Below are positions 51,864 through 62,106 of a DNA stretch of 64,000 nucleotides, one piece after another. Where the stretch lies: assembly GCA_963774265.1 (NCBI GenBank), contig CAVZDU010000003.1, positions 512,001 through 576,000 on the forward strand, read 5' to 3'. How positions within the stretch are numbered: position 1 is the first letter of the stretch; every line of letters begins with the position of its first letter. The position numbers were made by a program, and so were the translations under genes. The notes under the pieces were generated by a model that had not been told where the DNA came from, made no database searches, and saw only the letters and a list, made by a program, of their open reading frames with translations. This DNA comes from an uncultured Chloroflexia bacterium. Its GTDB lineage: Bacteria > Chloroflexota > Anaerolineae > CG2-30-64-16.

Positions 51864-53803
51864 CTAGCGCAGGTTTTGTGCAATCAGCGGTCGAATCATA
51901 GAAAACGGCCCGAAATTCGAACTTTTATAATCGACAGGCAACCGTTATGCTCGGGGCGAATCTCCGCTCAGTTAAGGAGGAATCCGCCATGCGTGAAGTC
52001 GCCACTCAACCGAGCCATACGGAGCATGCGCTCTTGGTACTTCTGGGCCAGTACGCCCAGCATCTCGGGCTCATTCAGGTCCTGATGGCGGCATCTCTGC
52101 ATCAGAAGACCCGCACGCATCAGCCACAAACCAAGGTGGTCGAGTTCCTGGTGGCGATTCTGGCTGGCCTGCCGCATCTCGAGGACATCAGTCGCGATGC
52201 GCGGCCGTTGGACCAAGACCTGGTTGTGGCGACTGCCTGGCAGCAGGACGGCTGGGCCGACTACAGTGGCGTTGGGCGGACCTTACAGGCGCTCACTCAA
52301 CCGGAAGCGGAACGGATCGCCGCTGCCTTAAGCCAAATCAGCCATCCCTTCATTGACGATCAGGTGGCGCAGGCGCTGCTCCAGGAGGGCCGGCTCATTT
52401 ACGACGGCGATCTTACCGGCCGACCCGTCTCCAATACCAGCACGAGCTACCCCGGGGCTGCCTTTGGCCACATGGACGATGCGGTACGCCTCGGCTACCA
52501 AGCGGCTGTCGTCAGCCTAAAGAGCCCGACCTATGGTCGACTGTGGCTCTCAGTCAAGCCGCATCCAGGCAACGTGCTTTCCTGTCAAGTAGCCGAAGAG
52601 ATGGTGCTGGCTGCAGAAGGCCAGACCGGGGTGCGTCCCCGACGGCGTACCGAATTACTGGGCCAGCGCCTGCACGCCGTGAGCCAAGAGCGGGCGCTGG
52701 TTGAGCAGCGCCTTCAGCAACGCTGCCAGGCGTTCAGCGCAGCACAGGCGTTGATGCAGGCTCGCAGCGAGCAGGTAGGTCAGGCGAATGCCGCCTTGAC
52801 TGGCCTGATGGCCGCCAGCGAGCAGGCCGCGCAGCGCAAGGGGCGACCGCATTGCCGTCTGGCACAGGCTCGGGCGCATCTCGCCGCCTGCGAACGCCGC
52901 TTGCAGCGCCAGCAGCAGCGCTTTCTGCAGGCTCAGCGTAGCGTCGCGCGTGAGCAGGTGCGGTTCGCGGCCTTACGGGCTATGGAGCGGACCTTAGGCC
53001 AGCGGCTTGACGACTTCAACCGGGAGAATGCTGCCAATCCGGCCCCCATCCATGCCGTCTTTCGATTGGATGCCGGGTTCGGCACCTGGGAAAACGTCGC
53101 CCGCTTGATCGAACTGGGCTACGAGGTCTACACCCGACCCTACAGTCAGAAGGTCAAGGCCAGTTTGCTGCATAGGATCGAGGATACGACGCCCTGGGTG
53201 CGCGTAGGTGCCAATGCCGAGATGATCGCCTGGTCTGGCGTGCTCTTCAAGGGCAACCCCTACCCGGTCGATGTTGCCCTTGAGCACTTCTATACAGGCA
53301 AGACCGAGCGGTACGGCGCGCTCCTACACTTCGGGTCGGACGCTGTCACCAAAGATCTGGGTGGCTGGTTTGCCTTCTACAATGGTCGCCAGACGGTCGA
53401 GGCGGGCATCAAGGAAGGTAAGGGCGTGTTCCAGATGCACCATCTCAAGGTGCGTTCCCTACCGGCGCTCTGGCTGCAAGAACAGTTCGCCGCCTTTGCG
53501 GCCAACTTCCTGCGCTGGGCCGCCCATTGGTTGTGCCATGACTGCGGACAAGTGCCTAACCAGTGGCTCGTACCGGTCACAGCGAGCATCAAAACGCTGG
53601 TCCAGGTTGCTGCTCACACGCCTGCCAGTGTCCAGTGGCTACCCAACGGTTGCTTGTTAAGGTTCTCGGATGATAGTCTCTATGCCGGTCGCATCATTCA
53701 GGTCGGCAGCTGGGTCGTCCAGCTCAGTCTGCCGCTCTTCCAAAGTTGTCATTTCGAGCCGATTTCCATGACTCCGGCTCTGATTGCACAAAACTTACGC
53801 TAG
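51864..53803 (+). mobile_element. IS with IS1380-like DDE motifs, flanked by CTAG
   Basis: CTAG+CGCAGGTTTTGTGCAATCAG (51864-51887) and CTGATTGCACAAAACTTACG+CTAG (53780-53803): 18/20 IR inside a duplicated CTAG. Confidence 0.85.
51989..53803 (+). CDS. DDE transposase with large coiled-coil insertion
   Basis: AAGGAGG RBS; YDGDLTG, RLDAGFG, YNGRQTVEAGIKEGK. Confidence 0.8.
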   Translation: MREVATQPSHTEHALLVLLGQYAQHLGLIQVLMAASLHQKTRTHQPQTKVVEFLVAILAGLPHLEDISRDARPLDQDLVVATAWQQDGWADYSGVGRTLQALTQPEAERIAAALSQISHPFIDDQVAQALLQEGRLIYDGDLTGRPVSNTSTSYPGAAFGHMDDAVRLGYQAAVVSLKSPTYGRLWLSVKPHPGNVLSCQVAEEMVLAAEGQTGVRPRRRTELLGQRLHAVSQERALVEQRLQQRCQAFSAAQALMQARSEQVGQANAALTGLMAASEQAAQRKGRPHCRLAQARAHLAACERRLQRQQQRFLQAQRSVAREQVRFAALRAMERTLGQRLDDFNRENAANPAPIHAVFRLDAGFGTWENVARLIELGYEVYTRPYSQKVKASLLHRIEDTTPWVRVGANAEMIAWSGVLFKGNPYPVDVALEHFYTGKTERYGALLHFGSDAVTKDLGGWFAFYNGRQTVEAGIKEGKGVFQMHHLKVRSLPALWLQEQFAAFAANFLRWAAHWLCHDCGQVPNQWLVPVTASIKTLVQVAAHTPASVQWLPNGCLLRFSDDSLYAGRIIQVGSWVVQLSLPLFQSCHFEPISMTPALIAQNLR

Positions 53804-54453
53804 ACCTCTCGGATATCCACGATTTCCTGGTCCGGGATCCTGCTCAATGCCGTGCGGGCCTCATCCATGGTCACCTTCAGCTTGACCACTGCATCCCACT
53901 TGCCGGGCGCCTTCGGGCTGACCGAGCCGCCACAGGCTTCGATGCCCCAGCCCTGGGCCGCAATGGCAGACACCAACTTGGCCAGCTCCCCGGGCACTCC
54001 CGACGGCATGCGGATGGTGACGCGGACGCCGTGCTCGCGCGCAGCCATGAGTTCCGAGAGCTGGGCGAGCAGGTCCAGCTCGGTGATAATGCCGACCAGG
54101 ATACCTTTCTCTACCACAGGAAGGCAGCCGATCCGCTTCTCCACCATCACACTGGCGGCCTCCTCGATGGTGAGGTTGGAGTCGATCGTCACAACCTCCT
54201 GGAGCTTCAGCATGACATCCCTTACGCTTAAGCTCGACAGGGTGCGGGCGATATCCCAGACCGAGAGGCTGCCCAGCCGTCCCGGATCGATCAGCAGTGT
54301 CTGACGGGTGACCAGGCCCAGCAAGCGCTTGCCGTCTCCCACCACAGGCAGGTGCCGGATCTTGTTCTCGCCCATGAACTTCTGCGCTTCGATGACCGAC
54401 ATCGTTGGGGTGGCCATCAGCGGGTGCCGTGTCATGTAGTCTCTAACTAGCAT
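53800..54453 (-). CDS. CBS-pair + ACT protein (AcuB-like)
   Basis: IRHLPVV..LLGLVT, IGCLPVV..LVGIIT; PGELAKLV ACT-like tail. Confidence 0.88.
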   Translation of the reverse strand: MLVRDYMTRHPLMATPTMSVIEAQKFMGENKIRHLPVVGDGKRLLGLVTRQTLLIDPGRLGSLSVWDIARTLSSLSVRDVMLKLQEVVTIDSNLTIEEAASVMVEKRIGCLPVVEKGILVGIITELDLLAQLSELMAAREHGVRVTIRMPSGVPGELAKLVSAIAAQGWGIEACGGSVSPKAPGKWDAVVKLKVTMDEARTALSRIPDQEIVDIREV

Positions 54454-54500
54454 TCGTGTCTCCTCCCAAGGAAGCGAGCAGCTGTTTATGCGGGTGTTGG

Positions 54501-56592
54501 CTAGGCCCGGGCCCGGGCCGATGCTGAAGGCACAGTCACGACAGCTTCCATCCTGCGCAAATCCCCCAGCGGGATGTGACAGGCGATGCGATGCCCGTTG
54601 CCGTTATCGAGCCAGGGCGGCTCCTCTCGTTCGCAGATATCACCGACCTTGCGCGGGCAGCGCGTGTGGAAGCGGCATCCGCTGGGCGGGTTGAGCGCGC
54701 TGGGGACCGAGCCAAGCAGGCGGATGTGTTTCTGCTCGACGCGCGGGTCCGGTATGGGCACCGCGGACAGCAGCGCCTCGGTGTAAGGATGATAGGGCGG
54801 CGCGTAGATGGCCTCTGCCGGACCAATCTCCACGATCTTGCCCAGGTACATGACCGCGATGCGGTCGCAGAAGAAGCGGACGACGCTCAGATCATGGGCG
54901 ATGAAGGCCAGCGTGGCGCCCAGTTCCTTCTGGATCTCCAGCAGCAGGTTGAGGACCGCAGCCTGCACCGAGACATCCAATGCCGAAACCGGCTCATCGC
55001 ACAGCACCAGGCCGGGTCGGGCCGCGATGGCGCGTGCGATACCCACGCGCTGCTTCTCACCGCCGCTGAGCTGGCGCGGGTAGCGGTCGTAGTAGCGCTC
55101 GCCCAGCTTCATCATATCCAGCAGCCGCACCACCTCGTCGCGTACCTGGTTTGCGGGCACCGTCTTGAATCGGCGCAAGGGCCGTCCGATTTGGTAGCCC
55201 ACGGTGAAGGATGGATTGAGGGTCGAGTCGGGGTTCTGGAACACCATCTGCATCTCTTTGATGGTATCCAGAGTGCGTGTTGAGACCGGTCCGGAGATGT
55301 CGACGCCCATGAACTCGAACTCGCCGCCGGTCGGCCGCTCCATGCCAACGATCGTCTTGACCAGCGTGCTCTTGCCGCAACCCGACTCACCGACGATGCC
55401 CAGGGTGTGGCCCTTCCGGATCTCGATGCTCACGTCATCGACCGCCTTGACCTGGAGCTTCTCGCGAGTGAAGAGCTTGCGGGACGGCACCTGGTAGTAA
55501 GTCCTGGCATTCGAGACGCGCAGGATGGTTTCGGCAGTCTCAGCGGGAGGCGCGGAAACCTGGGCCAGGAGGTCTTCGGGCGGCTGCCAACCCGTCTGCC
55601 TGATCTCTTCAGCGAAGTGGCAGCGCGCTATGTGAGCAGTGTGCACCAGGCGGAGCTCTGGCTTGCGGAGGTGGCATTCCGCGCGGGCGTAGTCGCAGCG
55701 GGGTTCAAAGATGCAGCCGGGAGGCAGCGCAGTGGGTGATGGCACCCGGCCCCGGATCGGGTAGAGAACGCTGTCGCGTTTGTCCGTGCCCAGCCGCGGC
55801 ACGCAGCGCAGGAGGCCCTGGGTGTAGGGATGCTGCGGACTCGCGAACAGATCCTGCACTGAGGCGCGTTCCACGATCTCGCCGGCATACATCACGGCCA
55901 CCCGATTAGAGACCCGCGCCACCACGCCCAGGTTATGGCTGATGTACATGATGGCGGTTTGGAACTCGTTTTGCAGGTCGCGGACGAGGTCCAGGACGGC
56001 CGCTTCCACTGTAACGTCCAGGGCGGTCGTTGGCTCATCCATGATCAGGAGCGCCGGATCGTTGAGCAGGGCCATGCCGATGACCACGCGCTGCTGCTGT
56101 CCGCCCGAGATCTGGTGTGGAAAGCGGCGAACGACGTTGGAGGGATCCGGCATGTGCACGCGCTTCAACATCTCAATGCACGCGTCCTCGGCCTCTTTGG
56201 GCTTCATGAGGCGATGGACGATAAGCACTTCGGCCATCTGGTCGCCGATGCGCATGGAGGGGTTCAACGCCGGCCATCGGGTCCTGATACACCATCGCGA
56301 TGCGGTCGCCGCGAATCCGGCGCAACTCCTCAGGAGACCGACCTACCAGGTCTTGACCCTGGAACAGGATGCGACCATCGACAATTCTGCCGTTGCGGCC
56401 CAGGAAGTTCACGATGCCGAATGCGACGGTGCTCTTGCCGCATCCGGACTCCCCCACGATGCTGTACGCCTCGCCGCGCCGTATCTCGAAGTGCACGTCG
56501 CGCACAGCCGGCACGTCGCCGCGGCGCGTTTTGTAGGAGATGGCCAGGTTCTGTACGTCTAGCACCGGTGTCTGAGGCTTATGTGCATCCAT
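54501..56592 (-). CDS. Fused DppD/DppF ABC ATPase, frameshift near 56270
   Basis: Two GESGCGKS, ISGGQ/LSGGE, DEP, Cys-rich oligo_HPY tails. Confidence 0.92.
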
Positions 56593-56629
56593 TGTTTCGT
56601 CCCTCATCAGTTCCCGGCAAGCGCAGGCA

Positions 56630-57511
56630 TCACTGGTAGCGGGTAGACTCTTCGCGCAGGCCATCGGCGAAGAGGTTCAGACCCACCACCAGGGAGGCGA
56701 TAGCCAACGCCGGCCAGAGCACTCCCCACGGGTTGACCCAGATGAACTTGCGAGCGTTCGCGATCATGCCGCCCCAGTCCGGCGTTGGCGGCGGCAGGCC
56801 CAGCCCCAGGAAGCCCAAGGTGCCGATGGCGAAGACCGCATACCCTACGCGCAGCATCGAGTCGATGATGAGTGGCCCGCGTGCGTTGGGGAGGATTTCC
56901 ACGAACATGACGTAGAGTGGGTTCTCCCCGCGCAGTTGGGCTGCGGCAATGTAGTCGCGCACGCGGATGTCCAGGGTCAGGCTGCGCACGAGGCGGGCGA
57001 TGCCCGGTGCGCCCACGAAGGTGATGGCGATGACCACATTGACGGCCGAAGCCCCAATGGCCGAGATAATGATTAGGTACAGCAGAATGGTGGGGAACGC
57101 CATGATCGCGTCGAGGATTCGCATCACGATCTCGTCCACCAAGCCGCCATAGTAGCCGCCCAGCAGGCCGAGGAACGTGCCCACAGCGACGGCTGCCAGC
57201 ACGGAGAGAGGCGCCAGGGTGAGAATGGTGCGGCTGCCGTAGATCAGCCGGGACAAAAGGTCGCGGCCCAGGTGGTCGGTCCCCAACAGGTGCGCGGCTG
57301 AGGGCGCCTTATTCACGGCCTGGCCGTCCTGGGCAGAGGGGCTATAGGGCGCAATGACGGGCGCCAAGATCGCGACGACAATCCAGAACAGCACGAGCAC
57401 CAACCCGATAACTGCGACCCGCGAGCTGGTGATGATCGAAAAAGTGTCGCGCAGTCGAGCGCGGGCACGGTTCCTGGTGGCTTGATCCAATGTCTTTCCG
57501 CCGGCTGTCAT
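56630..57511 (-). CDS. DppC/OppC-type ABC permease
   Basis: LGTD.LGRD, YIAAA...G EAA-like loop, PPTPDWG. Confidence 0.93.
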   Translation of the reverse strand: MTAGGKTLDQATRNRARARLRDTFSIITSSRVAVIGLVLVLFWIVVAILAPVIAPYSPSAQDGQAVNKAPSAAHLLGTDHLGRDLLSRLIYGSRTILTLAPLSVLAAVAVGTFLGLLGGYYGGLVDEIVMRILDAIMAFPTILLYLIIISAIGASAVNVVIAITFVGAPGIARLVRSLTLDIRVRDYIAAAQLRGENPLYVMFVEILPNARGPLIIDSMLRVGYAVFAIGTLGFLGLGLPPPTPDWGGMIANARKFIWVNPWGVLWPALAIASLVVGLNLFADGLREESTRYQ

Positions 57512-57524
57512 GTTGATCCTCCCC

Positions 57525-58827
57525 CTAGCTGAATCGGATGCGCGGGTTCAGGAAGGTGTAGATGATGTCCGCTATCAACTGGGTGCCGACGGCAAGGGCC
57601 ACCATCACCAGGGCGCCTGCCTCGATGGCGTTGATGTCCTTGAACAGCGCCGAATCAAGCAGGTACATCCCCAGTCCGGGGTAACCGAACACCGACTCGA
57701 CCACCACGATACCGCCGACCAACCAGTTCACATGGAGCATAATCACGGTGATCGGCGCCATCGAGCGCGTTGCGCACCGCGTGCTTCATGACGATGCGCC
57801 AATAAGGAAGGCCTTTGAGGTAGGCCGTGCGGATGTATGGTGCGTTCATCACCTCGATCATGCTGGCCCGGGTCATGCGTGTGACATAACCAACCTCGAC
57901 GAGCGTGAGCGTCGCCACCGGCAGGATCAGCAGTTTCGGGTCTTTCCAGGGCGCGATGTCGCTGGTGTATACGGCCGCTCCCGGCAACAGCTTGAGCCAG
58001 AAGGCAAAGACAAGGATCAGGATAATACCACTGGCAAATTCCGGGACTGAGGTCGTAATCAAGCTGATCAGCGAGATGGTGCGGTCAGTCCGGCTGCCTT
58101 CTCGCAGCCCGGCCAGGATGCCAAACAGCAGGGCCAACGGCATGATGAACGCGAAAGCGATGCCCGCCAGGGTGAAGGAGTTGCGCAGCCGGCGCGCGAG
58201 GGTAGGTCCGACCGGGCGATTTGTGCGCAGAGAGATACCGGGATCCCCACGCAGCAGCCCCTTGCGGATGGGATAATATTCCTCGCCGCTGGCCTCGGTC
58301 ATGGTGCGGCCCGCTGAAGCGGGGCCGGTGCGTTGTTCCTGGCTGTTTCGCCGCCACATCACCACATGGCTGGCAGTGTCGACACCCCAGAAGATGTCTT
58401 CGCCGTTAGCGTCCTGCTGCCACTGGGTCACCGGCATCTCCTGCTGGGTGCCATCCGGACGCAAGCTGATTTCGACCAGCCCCACCGCTTTCCGCGAGCG
58501 CCATTGTTTCAGCGTGCCATCGGGCTCGACCACCCACCAGGTCGCGTCGCCGAGCGCCGTGGCCTGGTGCTGGGTCAACTTCCGGCCCACGAGCTTGTCC
58601 AGGCGCCAATCGTTCCCGACAAGCCAGTCGAGGTAGCGCACCGGCAGCGACTGATCAAGCCCCATCTGCACGCGGAGCAGATCGACCTGCTCCTGGGTGG
58701 CGAACTGGCCGAGGATGTGGCGCGCGACGTCACCGGGTGCGATCTCCGAGATGCCGAAGATAACCATGGAGACCAGGAGCATGGTCAGCACCATGAAACC
58801 GAGACGGCGCAGGATAAAACGGGCCAT
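57525..58827 (-). CDS. DppB/OppB-type ABC permease with large loop insertion, frameshift near 57765
   Basis: MARFILRRL, PGD, GDPG.S, YIRTA..KG, ESVFGYPG. Confidence 0.9.
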
Positions 58828-58896
58828 GGCGAGGCTCTCCCTGTGGCTGGGCGGGTCGGGCAGCACCCGCACCGTGTTTATGGGGCGAAAGAGATC

Positions 58897-58942
58897 GTTA
58901 TGCTGAGCGGGTTGACTCGATTTTCGACCCGCTCAGCATAAC
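58897..58942. repeat. 16-bp perfect inverted repeat between SBP and permease genes
   Basis: GTTATGCTGAGCGGGT ... ACCCGCTCAGCATAAC; probable mRNA-stabilising or partial terminator hairpin. Confidence 0.75.
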
Positions 58943-58982
58943 AGGCTGCACTTCTTGCCTTACTCGCGCGACGGCGCGGACG

Positions 58983-60755
58983 TTACGCCGATTCGTCGAT
59001 CCATGCCTCGTTGAGGATATCGTAGTTCGTCGGATGAGCGGCGACGTTCTGCAGCTTCTTGTGCGCGATGTACCAGACGCTGGTCCAGAATGGGATGGCG
59101 ATGGAACCCCGTTCGATCTGGATGTCCTCCAGCTTGCACATGATATCGCGGCGCTTTTCAACATCCAGCGTGAGCTCGGCTTCCTTCAGAAGCTTCGAGA
59201 ATTCCTCGTCCACCCAGGCGGTTTCATTCCACGCACCCGGCTTGCCCTCCGCATCGGCCGTGTAGGCCAGGGCCAACGCCATGGTGTCCAGAGGGCGATG
59301 CGCCCAGATGGTGATCCCCAGCGGCACTTCGGTCCAAATGTTCCAGTAGTCGCTGGATGGCAGGATATTCAGCTTGATGTTGAAGCCGGCGGCGGCAGCC
59401 GATTCCTTCAACACCTGCGCGACGGCCGGCTCTGCCCGGGCCTGTTGCGTCGAGAGCTCCACCTCGAGCCCGTCAGGGAACCCAGCCTCAGCCAGCAGTT
59501 TCTTGGCGCCTTCGGGGTCATAGGCCGGGATTTCCTTCTCGCAGAACGCAGGGTGCACGGGCGCGACATGCGTGTCCGGCCCGAGTACGCCGGCGCCGAA
59601 CCAGGCCAGGTCCAGCATCTTCTGGCGCTCCAGGCATTTCTTCAGTGCCTGGCGGACGCGATTATCTGTCCAGGGCTCCTTGTCGACGCGCATGCGGATG
59701 ACGAAAGTCTGCGCAGTCGGCGCGGAATATACTCTGAGTTGTGGTAGGTCCTTGAGGGCCTGCCATTCCTCGCCGCCGGGGTTGAAGATGTTGTCCACCT
59801 GGCCGCTCTGAAGCGCCGCAATCTTGGCCGCCACCTCTTCGCCGAGATCCAGGTAAACCAGTTTGTCGAGGTACGGCAGCGACTTACCATCCGCACCCAT
59901 GCGGTAGTAGTCCGGGCGGCGCTTGAGGACGCAACGCTCGGTCTCCACGTACTCTTCCAGCAGGAAAGGTCCGGTGCCTACCGGCTGCTTGATGATGTCG
60001 CCCTCGAAAGTCTTGGGGACGATCATGGCCGGATAGTGGAAAAGGTGCTCCGGGACGGCAATCTGGCCCGCATCGAGATGCAGCTTGACAGTGTAGTCGT
60101 CTACCTTCTCGACGTTGGCGGGCTGCAAGTAGCTCATCATGCCCAGCATCGAAGAGCCGATGTCGGGATCAAGCCACTGCTCCAGGTTGAAGACGACGTC
60201 ATCGGCGGTGAACTCCTGGCCGTCGTTGAACTTGATGCCCTTCTTCAGGAACAGGGTCCACTCTTTAACATCTGCGCTGGCTTCCCACTTGTCGAGCAGC
60301 CAGGGAACCGTGATGTTGTCGTAGCCGGTGTAGGTGAGATACTCGCAAATCTGGCGCATCTGGTTGACGCCTTCGATCCAGGAAAGGCGAGCCGGGTGGT
60401 CGAGTCGCTGTACGCGGGTGGCAATGGTGAGGGTGCCGCCGCGCTTGGGGCCGGCTGCGACCGCTACGGCTGTGGCCGGGACAGCAGTGGCCGGGATAGC
60501 AGTCGCCGGGATCGCTGTGGCTGGCAAGGCCGTGGCTGGCAAAGCCGTGGCCGCAGGGGCAGGCTGCGCAGCCGGAGCGGGGGTCGGTTGCGAACATCCC
60601 GACACAAAAGCCGTGGCGGCTGCGGCTGACATGCCCAGCAGCGTCGCGGTTCGCAGAAACTCTCTGCGTGAGATTCGGCCCTGCTGATACAGGTCCTTCA
60701 GCTCCGGAACATACGGATGTACTTCACTCTGCTTCTTCCTGAACAGGAAATCCAT
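58983..60755 (-). CDS. Family 5 ABC substrate-binding protein (Tat lipoprotein)
   Basis: ISRREFL..SGC; KFNDG..FTADDV, GTGPF, DNRVRQAL; PATA(L/I/V) linker repeats. Confidence 0.93.
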   Translation of the reverse strand: MDFLFRKKQSEVHPYVPELKDLYQQGRISRREFLRTATLLGMSAAAATAFVSGCSQPTPAPAAQPAPAATALPATALPATAIPATAIPATAVPATAVAVAAGPKRGGTLTIATRVQRLDHPARLSWIEGVNQMRQICEYLTYTGYDNITVPWLLDKWEASADVKEWTLFLKKGIKFNDGQEFTADDVVFNLEQWLDPDIGSSMLGMMSYLQPANVEKVDDYTVKLHLDAGQIAVPEHLFHYPAMIVPKTFEGDIIKQPVGTGPFLLEEYVETERCVLKRRPDYYRMGADGKSLPYLDKLVYLDLGEEVAAKIAALQSGQVDNIFNPGGEEWQALKDLPQLRVYSAPTAQTFVIRMRVDKEPWTDNRVRQALKKCLERQKMLDLAWFGAGVLGPDTHVAPVHPAFCEKEIPAYDPEGAKKLLAEAGFPDGLEVELSTQQARAEPAVAQVLKESAAAAGFNIKLNILPSSDYWNIWTEVPLGITIWAHRPLDTMALALAYTADAEGKPGAWNETAWVDEEFSKLLKEAELTLDVEKRRDIMCKLEDIQIERGSIAIPFWTSVWYIAHKKLQNVAAHPTNYDILNEAWIDESA

Positions 60756-61083
60756 AGCTTGCTCCTCCTTGGAGTGGGGTAGGGATGGACCTTGCGTCGC
60801 GGGTCTTGATGGTGCGCAGGCAGGCCCGCACATGGGTTTGAGAGTGACCGGAGAGATGTGGGGGCGTCACCTTCTTTCGTTGCCGAGCAGCCACGCGGAT
60901 CGGTGATCTTTCAATGCCGCGCGCAACAGCGCGGTGCATGCACAAGATTCGACCGAGCATGCGAGGGGGCAATGTGAGGCAGATGATACTTCAAATGATC
61001 CATGTTGACAAGTCCCAGTTTTCCCAGATTGCCCTCCCTGCCTTAGAATGACGCCATTCTGGGCTCAGCGATAGGAGTCGATC

Positions 61084-62079
61084 GTGACCAAGACAGTCTA
61101 TCCGCTGCTCTTTGAGCCGGTGCTCAAGGATTACATCTGGGGTGGTCGCCACTTCGAGCGCCTGGGACGCGCATTGCCGCGGAAGGGCGTCGTCGCGGAG
61201 AGTTGGGAAATCTCCGCGCACCAGGACGGCACGACGGTGGTGTCCAACGGCTATTTCGCCGGGCAGCCTTTGACCGCGGTTCATGCTGCGCTCGGGCTGG
61301 ATCTGATCGGTGCGAACAATGCCTGGGCGCAGGCCCGCGGCAAGTTCCCGCTCCTCGTCAAGCTGATCGACGCGGCCCAGCCGCTTTCCGTGCAGGTGCA
61401 TCCGGACGACGAGTATGCGCTGGCGCACGAGGAAAACGAGTTGGGCAAGACAGAGATGTGGTATGTCCTCCACGCGGAGCCAGGCGCTGAACTGGTGCTC
61501 GGCGTGACCGCAGGGACGACGCGGGAGGCATTTCGCAAGTCCCTGCTCGCAGGCCGGCTCGACCCGCATCTTCACCGCATCTCTGTGCAGGCTGGCGATC
61601 ATTTCTGCGTGCCGGCCGGCACCCTCCACGCCATCATGAGCGGGCTGATCATGGCCGAAATTCAACAGAATTCGAACGCCACCTATCGCGTGTACGACTG
61701 GAACCGCCTCGGCGCAGATGGGAAGCCCCGGCCGATGCATGTTGAAAAGGCGCTCGACGTGATCGACTTCAGCAATATCGAGCCGGGCACGTGTCCACCG
61801 GAGCCGATCATAGACGAGGATGGCTGCCGTCGCACGCGCTTGTGCCGCAATCGCTACTTCACCGCCGAGCGCGTCGAGCTGGCTCCGGCCGCGACGTATC
61901 GTGGAAATTGTGACGGTTCGACGATGGAAATCTGGGGCGTGCTCGATGGGCGTGCGGACGTCGCAGGCGAGCGACTCGAAGCCGTTCGCTTTGCCCTGCT
62001 GCCCGCGGCCCTGGGCGAATTCGCCGTCACCAGCGCGGCGGGCGCGACCTTGCTGCGCAGCTATACGGATGCCAGTTGA
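61084..62079 (+). CDS. manA: Type I mannose-6-phosphate isomerase
   Basis: IWGG, ESW, FPLLVK, LSVQVHP, GKTEMW, GTLHA, EIQQNS.TYR. Confidence 0.92.
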   Translation: MTKTVYPLLFEPVLKDYIWGGRHFERLGRALPRKGVVAESWEISAHQDGTTVVSNGYFAGQPLTAVHAALGLDLIGANNAWAQARGKFPLLVKLIDAAQPLSVQVHPDDEYALAHEENELGKTEMWYVLHAEPGAELVLGVTAGTTREAFRKSLLAGRLDPHLHRISVQAGDHFCVPAGTLHAIMSGLIMAEIQQNSNATYRVYDWNRLGADGKPRPMHVEKALDVIDFSNIEPGTCPPEPIIDEDGCRRTRLCRNRYFTAERVELAPAATYRGNCDGSTMEIWGVLDGRADVAGERLEAVRFALLPAALGEFAVTSAAGATLLRSYTDAS

Positions 62080-62106
62080 GAAATCCGGTTGAAAGAGTCT
62101 TCCTCA

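Noticed and set aside
60760-61080. Riboswitch (cobalamin/SAM/glycine) in the long SBP leader
   Set aside because: No consensus motif recognised by eye; an Infernal/Rfam scan would be needed to exclude it
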